A stretch of 64,000 nucleotides of DNA from Planctomycetota bacterium (GTDB lineage: Bacteria > Planctomycetota > UBA1135 > UBA2386), in NCBI GenBank assembly GCA_965223545.1, contig OZ245006.1:7200001-7264000 (forward strand), given 5' to 3'. Both the position numbers and the translations under genes were made by a program. The notes beneath the pieces were generated by a model, which saw only the letters and a list, made by a program, of their open reading frames with translations, was not told where the DNA came from and made no database searches. Positions 17,188 through 29,949 of the stretch are shown piece by piece. How positions within the stretch are numbered: the stretch's first letter is position 1; each line of letters starts with the position of its first letter.

Positions 17188-18303
17188 TCAGCGAAAGTAC
17201 CGAGTCTGACTCGATTTTCTCGGCGCGCGCTTCTGCACCACACCCGCCGCCGCGAGCTCTTGCGCCAGCGATCGCATGTACGCATCGACGGCGCGCGGAT
17301 TGAGGTGGCGGTTCGTCGCGCTGGCGAACGGTTGTTCGATGCATAGATCGATCTCGATGGTGCGCTGCCCCGCGGTAATTGCCGCGAGGTTGTCGCGCAT
17401 CTGCCGCGGATTGGTGCGGTAGTAGTGTCCGTTCAACCGCATGACGGTCTCGCGATCACCCCCCTCCCGCCAACGCCAACGCGTCACCGCGAACCCGGCC
17501 CCGTGCGCCGCACTGAGTGAGCGCATCTCCGCGAGCAGCGCGCGCGTCAGGGCGATGCCGTAGCGGGTTCGCGGACTCGGTGGAGTCAAGTAGAGCTGAC
17601 AGTGCACCTTCTCGCTGGCGAAATGCTCGTTGCGAAACGCCGGTTGTGTGTCCCAGCGCTGTTGCCAGGTGTCGGCCGCGACCGCTCCGCAGTCCGGCGC
17701 CGGCTGATAGGGTGCGGGCAGGTGTCGCCGTTCCCAGTCTCCGTCCCGGTCGAGGTGACGTGCGAGAAGCAGCGTGAGAAGGTTCAGTCCAGCGTCGCCG
17801 ACCGGATCTCCCATTTGCTCGGACGGCCCGCACAGCACGCCTTCCTCGAGCCAGAACGTCGGCTTCGGCACGCCGTTGCGCGGATAGTGGGTCGGAAACA
17901 GGTTGTTCCAGACGTCGTTGGCGGGCGATAGCCAGACCAGGACGAGGTCGGCACCGAATGCAGCGAAGTACTCCCGCAGGACCAGCAATTGCTGATCCTG
18001 GCCCCAGCCGCGTGCGCCCAGCGAAACGACCGTGACGCCGGGGATGTGGCGCCGCAAGTGGTACTCGAGCCGTGCCTCCGGCATCTCCTCCGGTCCACAG
18101 GCCGATGCTTCGACCTGCGAATCGCCGACCAGCAACACGACCGGATCGTCCCGCGCCATCGCGAAAGGCCGCCCCCGCAGGCCGAGCTGATTCAAGGGGT
18201 GGGTTGCCGAAGGCGCGCGCCACCCCGCGCGGACCAACGGCGGTTCGCAGCACAGCTCGGCGAACAGAGCTGCTATCATCAACGCCGCGAACGTGCTCCC
18301 CAA
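17188..18303 (-). CDS. SGNH/GDSL-type hydrolase-like protein
   Basis: Motifs LNQLGLRG, VLLVGDSQ, GARGWGQDQ, ND and HLNP. Start uncertain (TTG 18303 or ATG 18279). Confidence 0.7.
   Translation of the reverse strand: MGSTFAALMIAALFAELCCEPPLVRAGWRAPSATHPLNQLGLRGRPFAMARDDPVVLLVGDSQVEASACGPEEMPEARLEYHLRRHIPGVTVVSLGARGWGQDQQLLVLREYFAAFGADLVLVWLSPANDVWNNLFPTHYPRNGVPKPTFWLEEGVLCGPSEQMGDPVGDAGLNLLTLLLARHLDRDGDWERRHLPAPYQPAPDCGAVAADTWQQRWDTQPAFRNEHFASEKVHCQLYLTPPSPRTRYGIALTRALLAEMRSLSAAHGAGFAVTRWRWREGGDRETVMRLNGHYYRTNPRQMRDNLAAITAGQRTIEIDLCIEQPFASATNRHLNPRAVDAYMRSLAQELAAAGVVQKRAPRKSSQTRYFR
17192..17230 (+). repeat. Dispersed REP-like repeat, copy A
   Basis: CGAAAGTACCGAGTCTGACTCGATTTTCTCG; overlaps the 3' end of the SGNH gene. 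Confidence 0.75.
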
Positions 18304-18420
18304 GACGAGAGCCGCCCGCAGTACGGGCCGAGGACGGAGATGGTAGCCAGAGTGGACGGAACGAGGCAACGTGACTCGAGACGACGTCCGGTGTTCGGAA
18401 CGCGTGCGACCGATAGCCGC

Positions 18421-20586
18421 GTGCTCCCGCGGCGTCACAGCAATTGGACTGCCGCCGCGGTTGTGCTCGGTTCTTCGCTCGCGGCGCAGTCGACCTGGGC
18501 CGATGCGTCGCGGCACGTGGTCGCCGATCCGTGGGCAGTGGAGATGGCCTACGACACGGTGCGTCAACGACTGGTCGCCACTATCAGTCGCACGCCGAAT
18601 CCTTCCTACTCCGGGTTGCTCGAGACCTGGGAGCACACCGCGGGGTGGACGCGGGCACTGCCGGCGGCCGGCCCGCCGGACGGCGTCGGGTCCGCGATGG
18701 CCTTCGATGAGCAAAGAGGGCGCACGGTCCGCTTCGGTGGCATCACCGGCAGCTGGATCTCGCACGATGAGCACTGGGAGTACGACGGCTTGCAATGGGT
18801 CTCTCGAGGAGGGACCCGGCCGCCCGCGCGTCGCGGGCATTGCATGGTGTTCGATTCCGGCCGTGGAGTGATCGTGCTCCACGGTGGGGAGGACTCGGCC
18901 ACTCGACAGGCGCACTCCGACACGTGGGAGTTCGACGGGAGCGCCTGGACCCGCGCCAGTGCGGTCGCGAGTCCGTCCGTCGACGCGGCGATGGCGTACG
19001 ATCCGCTGCGGCGGCGCGTCGTGCGCTACGGTGGCTGGCAGTCCGGCCTGTCGATGGCGCGCACTCTGGAGTGGGACGGAAGCGTGTGGCGTCGTGGGCC
19101 CGATGGGCCCGGGGCGCGCCATGGCAGTCGGCTCGCGTTCGACGCTGCCCGAGGGGTCATGGTGATGTTCGGTGGCACCGATGGGACCCGTGTGTTCGAT
19201 GACACTTGGCTCTACGACGGCGTGTCGTGGCGACAGGCCAGCCCGTCCGCGCCCATGGGGGCGCTGCACAGCGGCGCGATGGCCTACGATGCAGGCCGCG
19301 GCCGCGTCCAGTACTACGGAGGACTGACGGCAGCACGGCGGCCGGCAACCGGGTTGTGGGAGTGGGACGGCAGCGACTGGGTCGCGCGCACGGTTCCGGT
19401 GTTGCCGGGCGGTGGTGTCGGTGTCGCGACTTGTTACGACGCATTGCGCGGGCGGGTCGTGCTGCACGGCGCCGCGGGGACCCACGAATGGGATGGCTAT
19501 CGGTGGCACCGCTCGGTCGCTGCGTCCGCGCCGAGTTCCGCCGGCAACCCGGCGATGGCCTTCGACCACACCACCGGCCGCAGTGTCCTGTTCACCGCGC
19601 ACGAGCCGGGGAATCCGACTTGGTGGTACGACGGCGCGCGGTGGTGGCCCGCCGCCGCGGCGGTCTCTCCCCCAGTGCGCGATGCCGCGGCGCTCGCCTT
19701 CGATGCGGCGCGGGGTGACATCGTGCTGTTCGGTGGGCGCGTGCCGGGATCGAGCACGCTGATGGCGGACACCTGGCTGTTCGATGGCAGCACGTGGCGG
19801 GCGCACGCGGGCAGCGGTCCTCTGGGCGCATGGGGCAATGCGATGGTCTACGACCCGGGCCGGCAACGCGTGGTTCTGGTCACCGGCCGGAGCTCCGCGC
19901 TGGGGACGGACACGTGGGAATGGGATGGCACGCAGTGGAGCTTGCGCGCGGTCGGGGCTGCTCTCCAGTGGAGCGATCCGAGTCTCGCGTACGACCCGCG
20001 GATCGGGCGGGTGGTGTCGTGGGTCGGCGCCGCCGGTGCCGGTGGTGCTCTTTGGCAATGGGACGGCACGTCGTGGACCGCGGTCTCGATCCAAGAGGGA
20101 CCGGGGGCGGGGACGGGCCAGAGGCTCGAGTTCGACGCGCGGAGCAACCGCCTGTTGCTCTACGAGGGAGGCCGGGACAAGACTTGGGTGCACGACGACG
20201 CCGGCCGCGTGGCCCTCGAGCTCGCCTACGGCACGAGCTGCCCGCCAGCCGGTGGGCTGGTGATGCGCGCCCTGGGACCGGCCTCGGTCTTCGCTCCGGG
20301 CTTCGTGCTGGATCTGCACGGTGTTCCGCCGGGCGGCGCGGCCACGATCGGGCTGAGCGGCGGGCCTGCGCAGCTGCAGCTCGCCGGGTGCACGCTGTTC
20401 CTCGACCCGAGCCGCTGGTTGGCGGCGCTGCCCTTGGCGCCACGGGCCAATGGCTTCGCTGCGGTCTCGGTGCCGACCCCACCGGCGGCGTTGGGAGTGG
20501 AGCTGTTTGGCCAAGCGTTCGCCCTCGACGCGAGCGCGCTCCGATTGCTCGGTTCGCGCGCCTTGCGCTTGCGGATCGGCTTGTAG
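18421..20586 (+). CDS. Secreted kelch-like beta-propeller repeat protein with the shared C-terminal domain
   Basis: MAYD...VLFGG...TWEWDG repeats. Start uncertain (ATG 18340 or GTG 18421). Confidence 0.82.
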   Translation: MLPRRHSNWTAAAVVLGSSLAAQSTWADASRHVVADPWAVEMAYDTVRQRLVATISRTPNPSYSGLLETWEHTAGWTRALPAAGPPDGVGSAMAFDEQRGRTVRFGGITGSWISHDEHWEYDGLQWVSRGGTRPPARRGHCMVFDSGRGVIVLHGGEDSATRQAHSDTWEFDGSAWTRASAVASPSVDAAMAYDPLRRRVVRYGGWQSGLSMARTLEWDGSVWRRGPDGPGARHGSRLAFDAARGVMVMFGGTDGTRVFDDTWLYDGVSWRQASPSAPMGALHSGAMAYDAGRGRVQYYGGLTAARRPATGLWEWDGSDWVARTVPVLPGGGVGVATCYDALRGRVVLHGAAGTHEWDGYRWHRSVAASAPSSAGNPAMAFDHTTGRSVLFTAHEPGNPTWWYDGARWWPAAAAVSPPVRDAAALAFDAARGDIVLFGGRVPGSSTLMADTWLFDGSTWRAHAGSGPLGAWGNAMVYDPGRQRVVLVTGRSSALGTDTWEWDGTQWSLRAVGAALQWSDPSLAYDPRIGRVVSWVGAAGAGGALWQWDGTSWTAVSIQEGPGAGTGQRLEFDARSNRLLLYEGGRDKTWVHDDAGRVALELAYGTSCPPAGGLVMRALGPASVFAPGFVLDLHGVPPGGAATIGLSGGPAQLQLAGCTLFLDPSRWLAALPLAPRANGFAAVSVPTPPAALGVELFGQAFALDASALRLLGSRALRLRIGL

Positions 20587-20692
20587 CAGCCCGCGTCGCT
20601 CGGTATCTCTCGGCAAGGTTGCCCGGGCCGTGATGTGCAATCGGCGGCGGCGTCCGCACCGTGGGGGCGCGTGTGCGTACACTCTCCGCCCA

Positions 20693-22039
20693 ATGACAAC
20701 GGCACCAGTGCGGTGTCTGGGCCCCTTGCTGTGCGCGACGGCTCTCGCCGCCGCCCAGCCGATCGGCCCGGGCTTCTGGGAATCGCGAGCGGATCTCGGC
20801 ACGGCGCGCCAGGAGGTCGGCGCCGCGGTCCTCAACGGGTTGGTCTGCGTGGTGGGCGGTCTGTTGCCGTCGCGCACTGCGACCGACTCGGTCGAGCGCT
20901 ACGACCCGAGCAGCGGCCAATGGAGTCGGGTGCCGCCGATGCCGGTCGCACTACACCATTTGGGCGTGGCCTCGGCGCAGGGCCGGCTCTACGCGATCGG
21001 CGGCTATCGCAGCGGTTTCGTCGGCCGTGCCGAGTGCTACGCGTTCGACTCGGTGGCGGGGGGATGGGCGCGCGTCGCCGACCTGCCGCGGCCGCGCGGT
21101 GCGCTGGCGGCGGTGGAGATCGGCGGCCTGGTCTACGCGGTGGGAGGCGTCGACCCGCAGCGCGGCGTCGTCGGTGATCTCACCGTGTACGACCCTGCGA
21201 CCAACGCGTGGCGAGCGCTGGCCCCGATGCCGACCGCGCGCGAGCATCTCTCCGCCGCGGCCCTCGGCGGCAAGCTGTACGTCGCCGGTGGTCGGGTCGG
21301 TGGCAGCCGCCTGTTCGACGTGCTCGAGTGCTACGACCCGGCGACCGACACCTGGACCCCGCGCGCGCCGATGCCGACCGCGCGCGGCGGCGCGGGGGCC
21401 GCGGTGCTGGATGGGCGGCTGCTGGTCATGGGCGGTGAGGGTTCGGCGCTGCCGAGCGGGATCTTCCACCAGACCGAGGAGTACGATCCAGTGGCCGACC
21501 GCTGGACCGCCCGCGCCGACATGTCGGTCGGGCTGCACGGCATCTATCCGGTCGGCCTGTCGCAGGAGATTCTGGTGGCGGGTGGCGCGACCATCGCGGG
21601 CTTCCGCGCGGTGGCGACCGTGCTCGCCTTCCGCAACCTGCCGACCGGCGTGCAGCGCTACGGGGCGTCGACCCCGGGTTGCGCTGGCCCGATCTGGGCA
21701 TTGCCGAGTGGGATGGCGATGGCGGGGGCGATGCTCGGCATCGCGACTGCCACGCCTGCGGCACCGCCGGCCGCGGCCGGTGCGTTGCTGGTCGGCGGTC
21801 AGGCGGACGTCGCCGGGACTCCCGTGCTGGGCGCCGGTGTCCACGTTGGGCTGGGCGGCGGGGTGGTCGTGCTGCCGCTGACCACGAGCGCCGCCGGCGG
21901 GGCGGCGACGGCCTTCACCATCCCGGCTGGTGTCGCCGGGGCGCAGGCGTTCGCACAGTTGTTGTTCGCGACCACGCCGGTCTGTGGTGGCGGAGCTACG
22001 CTGGCCGGCACCGACGCGCTGCAGATCACGGTGCAGTAG
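20693..22039 (+). CDS. Secreted kelch repeat protein with the shared C-terminal domain
   Basis: Signal peptide and six canonical kelch repeats (LYAIGG...YDP...W...APMPTAR). Confidence 0.88.
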   Translation: MTTAPVRCLGPLLCATALAAAQPIGPGFWESRADLGTARQEVGAAVLNGLVCVVGGLLPSRTATDSVERYDPSSGQWSRVPPMPVALHHLGVASAQGRLYAIGGYRSGFVGRAECYAFDSVAGGWARVADLPRPRGALAAVEIGGLVYAVGGVDPQRGVVGDLTVYDPATNAWRALAPMPTAREHLSAAALGGKLYVAGGRVGGSRLFDVLECYDPATDTWTPRAPMPTARGGAGAAVLDGRLLVMGGEGSALPSGIFHQTEEYDPVADRWTARADMSVGLHGIYPVGLSQEILVAGGATIAGFRAVATVLAFRNLPTGVQRYGASTPGCAGPIWALPSGMAMAGAMLGIATATPAAPPAAAGALLVGGQADVAGTPVLGAGVHVGLGGGVVVLPLTTSAAGGAATAFTIPAGVAGAQAFAQLLFATTPVCGGGATLAGTDALQITVQ

Positions 22040-22070
22040 GCGAGGTCGCCCGCGCCATCGTCGGTCGCAG

Positions 22071-23978
22071 TCAGCCTCCGGGGGCCGGTTCCTCGATGCG
22101 CAGCGTGCGGTCGGCCGCCTGCTGCGGCAAGCGCTGCACTTGGCCGCTCGGCCAGTGCACCTCGATCGCGTCGACCTGGCGGTCGGGCCCGAGGCCGAAG
22201 TGCAGCCGCTTGTCGTCCTGCGTGGCCCGGCGGACCCCGCCGTCCTGCAGACGGAACTGGCGCCGCCCACCGGCTTCGACGAAGACGCGCGCGCCGATCG
22301 CGTCGCGGTTGGTGCCGCGGCCGATCAGCTCGACGCGCAGCCAGTGGTTGCCGTTGGGCAGGCCTCGATAGAGCTGCGTGATCCCGCGGGCCAGCGGCCC
22401 TTCGCCTTCTCCATTGGTGACGCACAGATCGAGAAAACCGTCGCCGTCGAAGTCGGCCACTGCGACGGTGTCGCCGCGACCGCCGCCGTCGCCAGGTGCG
22501 CCGGCGGCGCCGCGGTGAACGTGGAAGTGGCCGCCACCGAGGTTCTCGAGCAGCAGGTTCGGGCGGTTCTGGGCTGGACGGCTGGCGACGACGTACAGAT
22601 CGACATCCATGTCGTTGTCGAAGTCGCCGGCGGCGACCGACGTGGCGTCGAGCTTGAGGTCGAGGCCGGCGGCGGCCGTGCGGTCCCGGAGGCGGTCGCC
22701 GTCCCAGGTCATCAGCAGCGGGCGTGCGCTCACCGTGCGTAGGTCGAATCCCTCTGGCACGACGCGGGTGATCGGGAGCGTGCTGCGCAGGGCGCCGCGC
22801 AGTGCGTACTGGATCGGCCAGTGCGCCCGGACGTGCCAGGCCTCCCGTTCGCGGTCGTAGCGAACCCACAGGCCGTCCGCCGCTTGGCCGATGGTCGCCG
22901 TGGCGGCCTCCGCAGTGACCGCGAAGGTCGTCGCCGCCGGCCGCTCGCGGCCGGCTCCGATGCGGACGTCACGGGGCCGCACGGCGTTGGGCCGGGATTC
23001 CGCCGGCAGTAGCTGGCCCTCCACGTGCACCGCGAGTTCCCCGGGGGCGGTGTGCAGCCAGATTCCCTGGCCGCCGTTCGGGGCGTGCAGCTCGAACAAC
23101 ACGGCGTCGGGGCTGACGACGGCCACGTCCGAGCCATAGTGGCGTCGGGCGACGAACAGGTCGGCCCGGCAGTCGCCATCGAGGTCGTGCCAGACGCTGT
23201 CGAACACCGCCGTGCAGGGCGGGAGGCCCAACGCGGGGCCGACCTCGCGCAGGCCGCTGGCATTGGCGGCGTAGAGCCGGGGCGGGTGGCCGTGCAACCA
23301 CACGGCGGCGCCGTGGCCGTCGATGTGGGTGAGCTGCGCGTAGTCGTTGCCTGCCGGCGGCAGCTGCCAGCCGTCGCCGGCCGGGGAGAACGGTGGCGTT
23401 CCATCGCGATCGTGCAAGAATACGGTGGTTGGAGCCCCCTCGCGCTCCAGTGCGGCGCACAACGCGTCGAGATCGCCGTCGCCGTCGAGGTCGAACATCG
23501 AGATCGCGCGGCCGCGCGCGCGCTCGTTGCGCAGGCCGAGCTCGGTGGCGCGGTCGACGAAGCCCTCGGGCTCGCGCACGAACCAGCTCGCGCCGCCGGT
23601 GCCAAAGCCGAAGGACGCACCTCGGCTGAGGGCGAGGTCCTGGTCGCCGTCGCCGTCCCAGTCCCAGAACGTCGCCGCGTGCCGATCGCCGCGCAGTTGG
23701 GTCCGTGGCTCGGCGAACTCCTCGGTGAGCACGTCGTGCCACTGGCCGTCGGTGGAGCGGCGCAGCAGCTGCGCGGCGCCAAACTCGAAGTGGTTGGCGA
23801 GGAACAGCTCGGGCGTGCCGTCGCCATCGACGTCACCCCAGGCGGCGCCGAACGTCATCCTCGGCTCGTCGAGCGGCGCGGCCATCACGCGCGCGAAGCG
23901 CGGCGAGGCGGTCGGTGGCTGCAGCGGCGCCGGTGCCTCACCGCAGCCGGCGGCGAGCGCGGCGCCCAGCAGCAGCAA
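22071..23978 (-). CDS. CRTAC1/ASPIC-UnbV family FG-GAP lipoprotein
   Basis: LAAGC lipobox, DxDGDG repeats, and C-terminal NRDAIGARV...RLHFGLG...IEVHWPSG. Start uncertain. Confidence 0.82.
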   Translation of the reverse strand: MLLLGAALAAGCGEAPAPLQPPTASPRFARVMAAPLDEPRMTFGAAWGDVDGDGTPELFLANHFEFGAAQLLRRSTDGQWHDVLTEEFAEPRTQLRGDRHAATFWDWDGDGDQDLALSRGASFGFGTGGASWFVREPEGFVDRATELGLRNERARGRAISMFDLDGDGDLDALCAALEREGAPTTVFLHDRDGTPPFSPAGDGWQLPPAGNDYAQLTHIDGHGAAVWLHGHPPRLYAANASGLREVGPALGLPPCTAVFDSVWHDLDGDCRADLFVARRHYGSDVAVVSPDAVLFELHAPNGGQGIWLHTAPGELAVHVEGQLLPAESRPNAVRPRDVRIGAGRERPAATTFAVTAEAATATIGQAADGLWVRYDREREAWHVRAHWPIQYALRGALRSTLPITRVVPEGFDLRTVSARPLLMTWDGDRLRDRTAAAGLDLKLDATSVAAGDFDNDMDVDLYVVASRPAQNRPNLLLENLGGGHFHVHRGAAGAPGDGGGRGDTVAVADFDGDGFLDLCVTNGEGEGPLARGITQLYRGLPNGNHWLRVELIGRGTNRDAIGARVFVEAGGRRQFRLQDGGVRRATQDDKRLHFGLGPDRQVDAIEVHWPSGQVQRLPQQAADRTLRIEEPAPGG

Positions 23979-23994
23979 CCGGCGCCCGTGGCGC

Positions 23995-26697
<2,703 letters not shown>

Positions 26698-26779
26698 GCG
26701 CAGCACGGTAGCGGAGCCGCGCTGCCGGCGGAACGGTCTGTCGACGCGAATCGCGCATCCGCGTAGCCTGGTGCATCGC

Positions 26780-27265
26780 ATGGCTTCCCGCGGTCGCCGC
26801 TACTGGCTGTTCAAGTCCGAGCCGGACGTCTACTCCTATGCCGACCTCGTGCGCGACGGGGTGACGCACTGGGACGGCGTGCGCAACTTCCAAGCGCGCA
26901 ACCTGCTGCGCGACGAGATGCAGGTCGGCGACGGTGTGCTCTACTACCACTCGAACGCCAAGCCGATGTGCATCGCGGGCGTGGCGCAGATCGTCCGCGC
27001 GGGCTATCCCGACCACACCGCCTGGGACCCGCGGTCGAAGTACCACGATCCCAAGAGCGATGCCGACGACCCGACGTGGTACATGGTCGACATCGAGCCG
27101 CGGGCGGAGCTGCCCGAGCCGTTGACGCGGGATGCGCTCAAGCAGATGCCCGCGCTGGCGGATATGATGCTGCTGCGCCGTGGTGCCCGGTTGTCGGTGC
27201 AGCCGGTGACGGCGGACGAATGGAAAGCGATCCTGAGGGCGGGCGGAGTCTCGGTGCGGCTGTAG
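26780..27265 (+). CDS. EVE domain protein
   Basis: Motifs [24 protein letters not shown] and RLSVQPV. Confidence 0.93.
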   Translation: MASRGRRYWLFKSEPDVYSYADLVRDGVTHWDGVRNFQARNLLRDEMQVGDGVLYYHSNAKPMCIAGVAQIVRAGYPDHTAWDPRSKYHDPKSDADDPTWYMVDIEPRAELPEPLTRDALKQMPALADMMLLRRGARLSVQPVTADEWKAILRAGGVSVRL

Positions 27266-27583
27266 CTCGCTCGTTCGCCGGAGGCGGGCGGGGTCGCAAG
27301 CTACTGCGTCACAACGTTGGGGCTGTTGGGGTTGGGGATCTGGTTGGGACAGTTGACGGCTGTCGGTCAGTTGGCCCAGAGCACAAGTCGTGAAGCCGAC
27401 GGCGTAGCGCTGGGTGGCCAGGTCCACGAACTCGCCGCTGGAAGCTCGTGACTGGGCCGGAGGGGGGGGCGCGGGCATTTCACTTCTTTCGCCGCAGGCT
27501 TCGATTTGTTGGGACGGTTGAGTCCCTTGCGGAGATTTGTGCGGTGGGATCTCATCCGCACCCCGTCATAAGTATTTGCACCT

Positions 27584-29920
27584 ATGCCGCCGCTGCCTCC
27601 TGATGTCCGTCGACGCGTGTTCGAGATGCTGGCGCGGGAGGCGAATGCGCTGCACGAGTTCGCTCTTCGGGTTACGGGAGACCCGAACGAGGCCGCGGAT
27701 GTCTCGCAGGATGCCCTCCTCAAGGCAATGGAGCTGGCCGATCGCGTTGATCCTGCCCGACGGCCTGCGCACTACCTGCGCGGCATCATGATGAACTTGT
27801 GGCGTCGGCGGCGCGCTGAGCGCCGGCGCACGGTAGATCTGCGGCGGGTGCTGGCGCGGCCCTCGGCCTCGCCAGCCGAAGTCGCCGCGATGGCCGAGTT
27901 CGACGAGAGCGTCGCCCGCGCGCTGCACCGGCTGCCAAGCTCGCAGCGGGAGGTCATCGAGTGCCGGCTGTCGCTGGGCGAGGGGCCGGAGCAGATCGCG
28001 AAACGGCTGGGGCGCAACCCGAGTACGGTTCGCACCCAGCTGCACCGCGGCACGGCCGCACTGCGGCGCACGTTGGCTCCAGCCTTCTTGGCCATGTTGG
28101 TCTCTTGCAAGAGGGGAACTTCGTCCAAACCGCTGACGGTCGTTCCACGTCGCGCGTGGCCGGTCGGCGGGCGTGCCGCGGCCGCGATGGTCGCGCTGGT
28201 TGCGGCGCTCGGTGTGGTTCTCATTTGGCCCTCCGGTGCGTCGGTGCCGGCGGCCGCAGACCCTCCCGAGCAGCCGTTGGCGCGGACTGATGCCTTCCTT
28301 CCCGCGCGGCTGCCGGTGCCGTCTCGCGCGGTCCCGTCCCCAACAGAGAACGGCGTGCGTGGCTCGGCGCCAGCTTCGTCTCTGACCGTGGTTGCGCGAT
28401 GGCAGAACGGTGAGCCGGCTCACGGAGTTCCGATTCGCTTGGTGAACGCTCAGCGGCGCGATGCGCGGGCGCTTTCCAGTGGGTTCGTCGAACGGCGAAC
28501 CGACCCACGCGGCGAGGCGGTGTTCACGGGGCCAATCGATCGCGACGACTCCGTGTTCGTCGGCAGCTATGCCTTGGAGGAGAGGCTCGGCGAAGCCGAG
28601 ATCAGCGGCTTTGGATTGGTCCTGCCGGTGCGGTTGTCGGCGGAGTTCTCGCAGCGGGTTCGCGTGATCGATCACGATGGCGCACCAGTGGCGGAGGCGT
28701 GCGTACTGACGTCGTTCGACAACGCTTCGTTCGGCCCTGGGTTCGAGCTAGGGCAAACCGACAAAGACGGGAACTGCACGGTCCCGATCACGACGCGGCG
28801 TGCGTTCGTATGGGCCCGGTCTCCGTCCGGCGATCTGTCTTCCTCGTATCGCGCAACCGGGAATGATGAGATCGTCATCCCGTTGGGGGAGATGCCTTGG
28901 GGCCTGGTCGGAGTGGTCACGGGAGTTGATGGACGCCCCGCGGCCGGGGCCGAGCTCGTGCTGTCGCAACGGCCGTTCCCACAGCAACACACGGTGGCGG
29001 ATGCGGAGGGTTGCTACCGGTTCCGGGGCCACATGGATCGTCCTTTGTTCATCGTGGCGCGGTCGGCCGACTTCGGCGCAATCGCCTGCGCACGCCGCAC
29101 GCCGAGCGAGGAGGCCGAGCGACTCGATGTGCTCTTGCAGTCCACTGCGAGTGTCGTTGGCACGGTCCCCGGGGAGGTCATGGCGTCCGAGGTGGAGATC
29201 GTTGCCAAACCGATCTTCGGTCCGGAATTCGACGAGTTTGCTGGGCTGACGGTCAAGCTCGACCCGGACGCCAACGGGGCATTCGAGATTGGCGGGCTGT
29301 TGCCAGGAGATTCGAGCGTCGGGCTTTGGGATCGGGGCAGACAGAAGTGGATCCACACCGTGAGCCAGATGCTGCAACCGGGCGAACGCGCACCCATCTC
29401 GTTCGTGGGGCAACATCGCTGGCTTCGTGGTCGGGTCGTCGAGCCGGATGGGGCGCCGGCCGCCGGGTATGTCGTGCGGATCTGGAGGTCGAAGTTGGTC
29501 GCCGTGCAGACAACGGATGCCAACGGCAGGTTTGCGTTCGAGTTGTCGCCAGGCCAGCGGCACAAGGTCGTCGTGCTGCCACGGAGCTCGCCCGACGTGA
29601 TCACCCCGATGCCTGCCGCCATACGCAAAGCGGTCGTTCCGTCTGAGGCGCCCATCCGGATCGAGCTGCGGCGTTGGCAAGGCGGTGTCGTCGGGTGTTT
29701 GCGGCCCGGCCCGGGCGCATTGATGCCAGATCGAGTCCGCATCGCCGCCAACGGGGGGCGCCTCAAGACGGTGGTCCGAGTTGCGCAGGACGGTCGCTTC
29801 GCGGCAACCAACCTCATGCCGCTGACCTACCGAGTCTGGCTGCCCGAACACGATGAACCGATCGCGACCGCACGCGTCCGTGAGGCGATCCACGATCTGG
29901 GCACAGTGCTCGTCCCATAA
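27584..29920 (+). CDS. ECF sigma factor fused via a transmembrane helix to carboxypeptidase-regulatory-like beta domains
   Basis: Sigma region 2 (AADVSQDALL), region 4 (IAKRLGRNPSTVRTQLHRG), transmembrane VALVAALGVVLIW, and repeated GxVxxxDGxP...TDxxGxF modules. Confidence 0.78.
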   Translation: MPPLPPDVRRRVFEMLAREANALHEFALRVTGDPNEAADVSQDALLKAMELADRVDPARRPAHYLRGIMMNLWRRRRAERRRTVDLRRVLARPSASPAEVAAMAEFDESVARALHRLPSSQREVIECRLSLGEGPEQIAKRLGRNPSTVRTQLHRGTAALRRTLAPAFLAMLVSCKRGTSSKPLTVVPRRAWPVGGRAAAAMVALVAALGVVLIWPSGASVPAAADPPEQPLARTDAFLPARLPVPSRAVPSPTENGVRGSAPASSLTVVARWQNGEPAHGVPIRLVNAQRRDARALSSGFVERRTDPRGEAVFTGPIDRDDSVFVGSYALEERLGEAEISGFGLVLPVRLSAEFSQRVRVIDHDGAPVAEACVLTSFDNASFGPGFELGQTDKDGNCTVPITTRRAFVWARSPSGDLSSSYRATGNDEIVIPLGEMPWGLVGVVTGVDGRPAAGAELVLSQRPFPQQHTVADAEGCYRFRGHMDRPLFIVARSADFGAIACARRTPSEEAERLDVLLQSTASVVGTVPGEVMASEVEIVAKPIFGPEFDEFAGLTVKLDPDANGAFEIGGLLPGDSSVGLWDRGRQKWIHTVSQMLQPGERAPISFVGQHRWLRGRVVEPDGAPAAGYVVRIWRSKLVAVQTTDANGRFAFELSPGQRHKVVVLPRSSPDVITPMPAAIRKAVVPSEAPIRIELRRWQGGVVGCLRPGPGALMPDRVRIAANGGRLKTVVRVAQDGRFAATNLMPLTYRVWLPEHDEPIATARVREAIHDLGTVLVP

Positions 29921-29949
29921 CCCAAGGCGTCGCTGGCCGGACGCCTCGT

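Noticed and set aside
17188..20877. 1229-aa ORF as a single gene
   Set aside because: Its upstream two-thirds is the antisense shadow of the plus-strand propeller gene; only the SGNH part looks coding.
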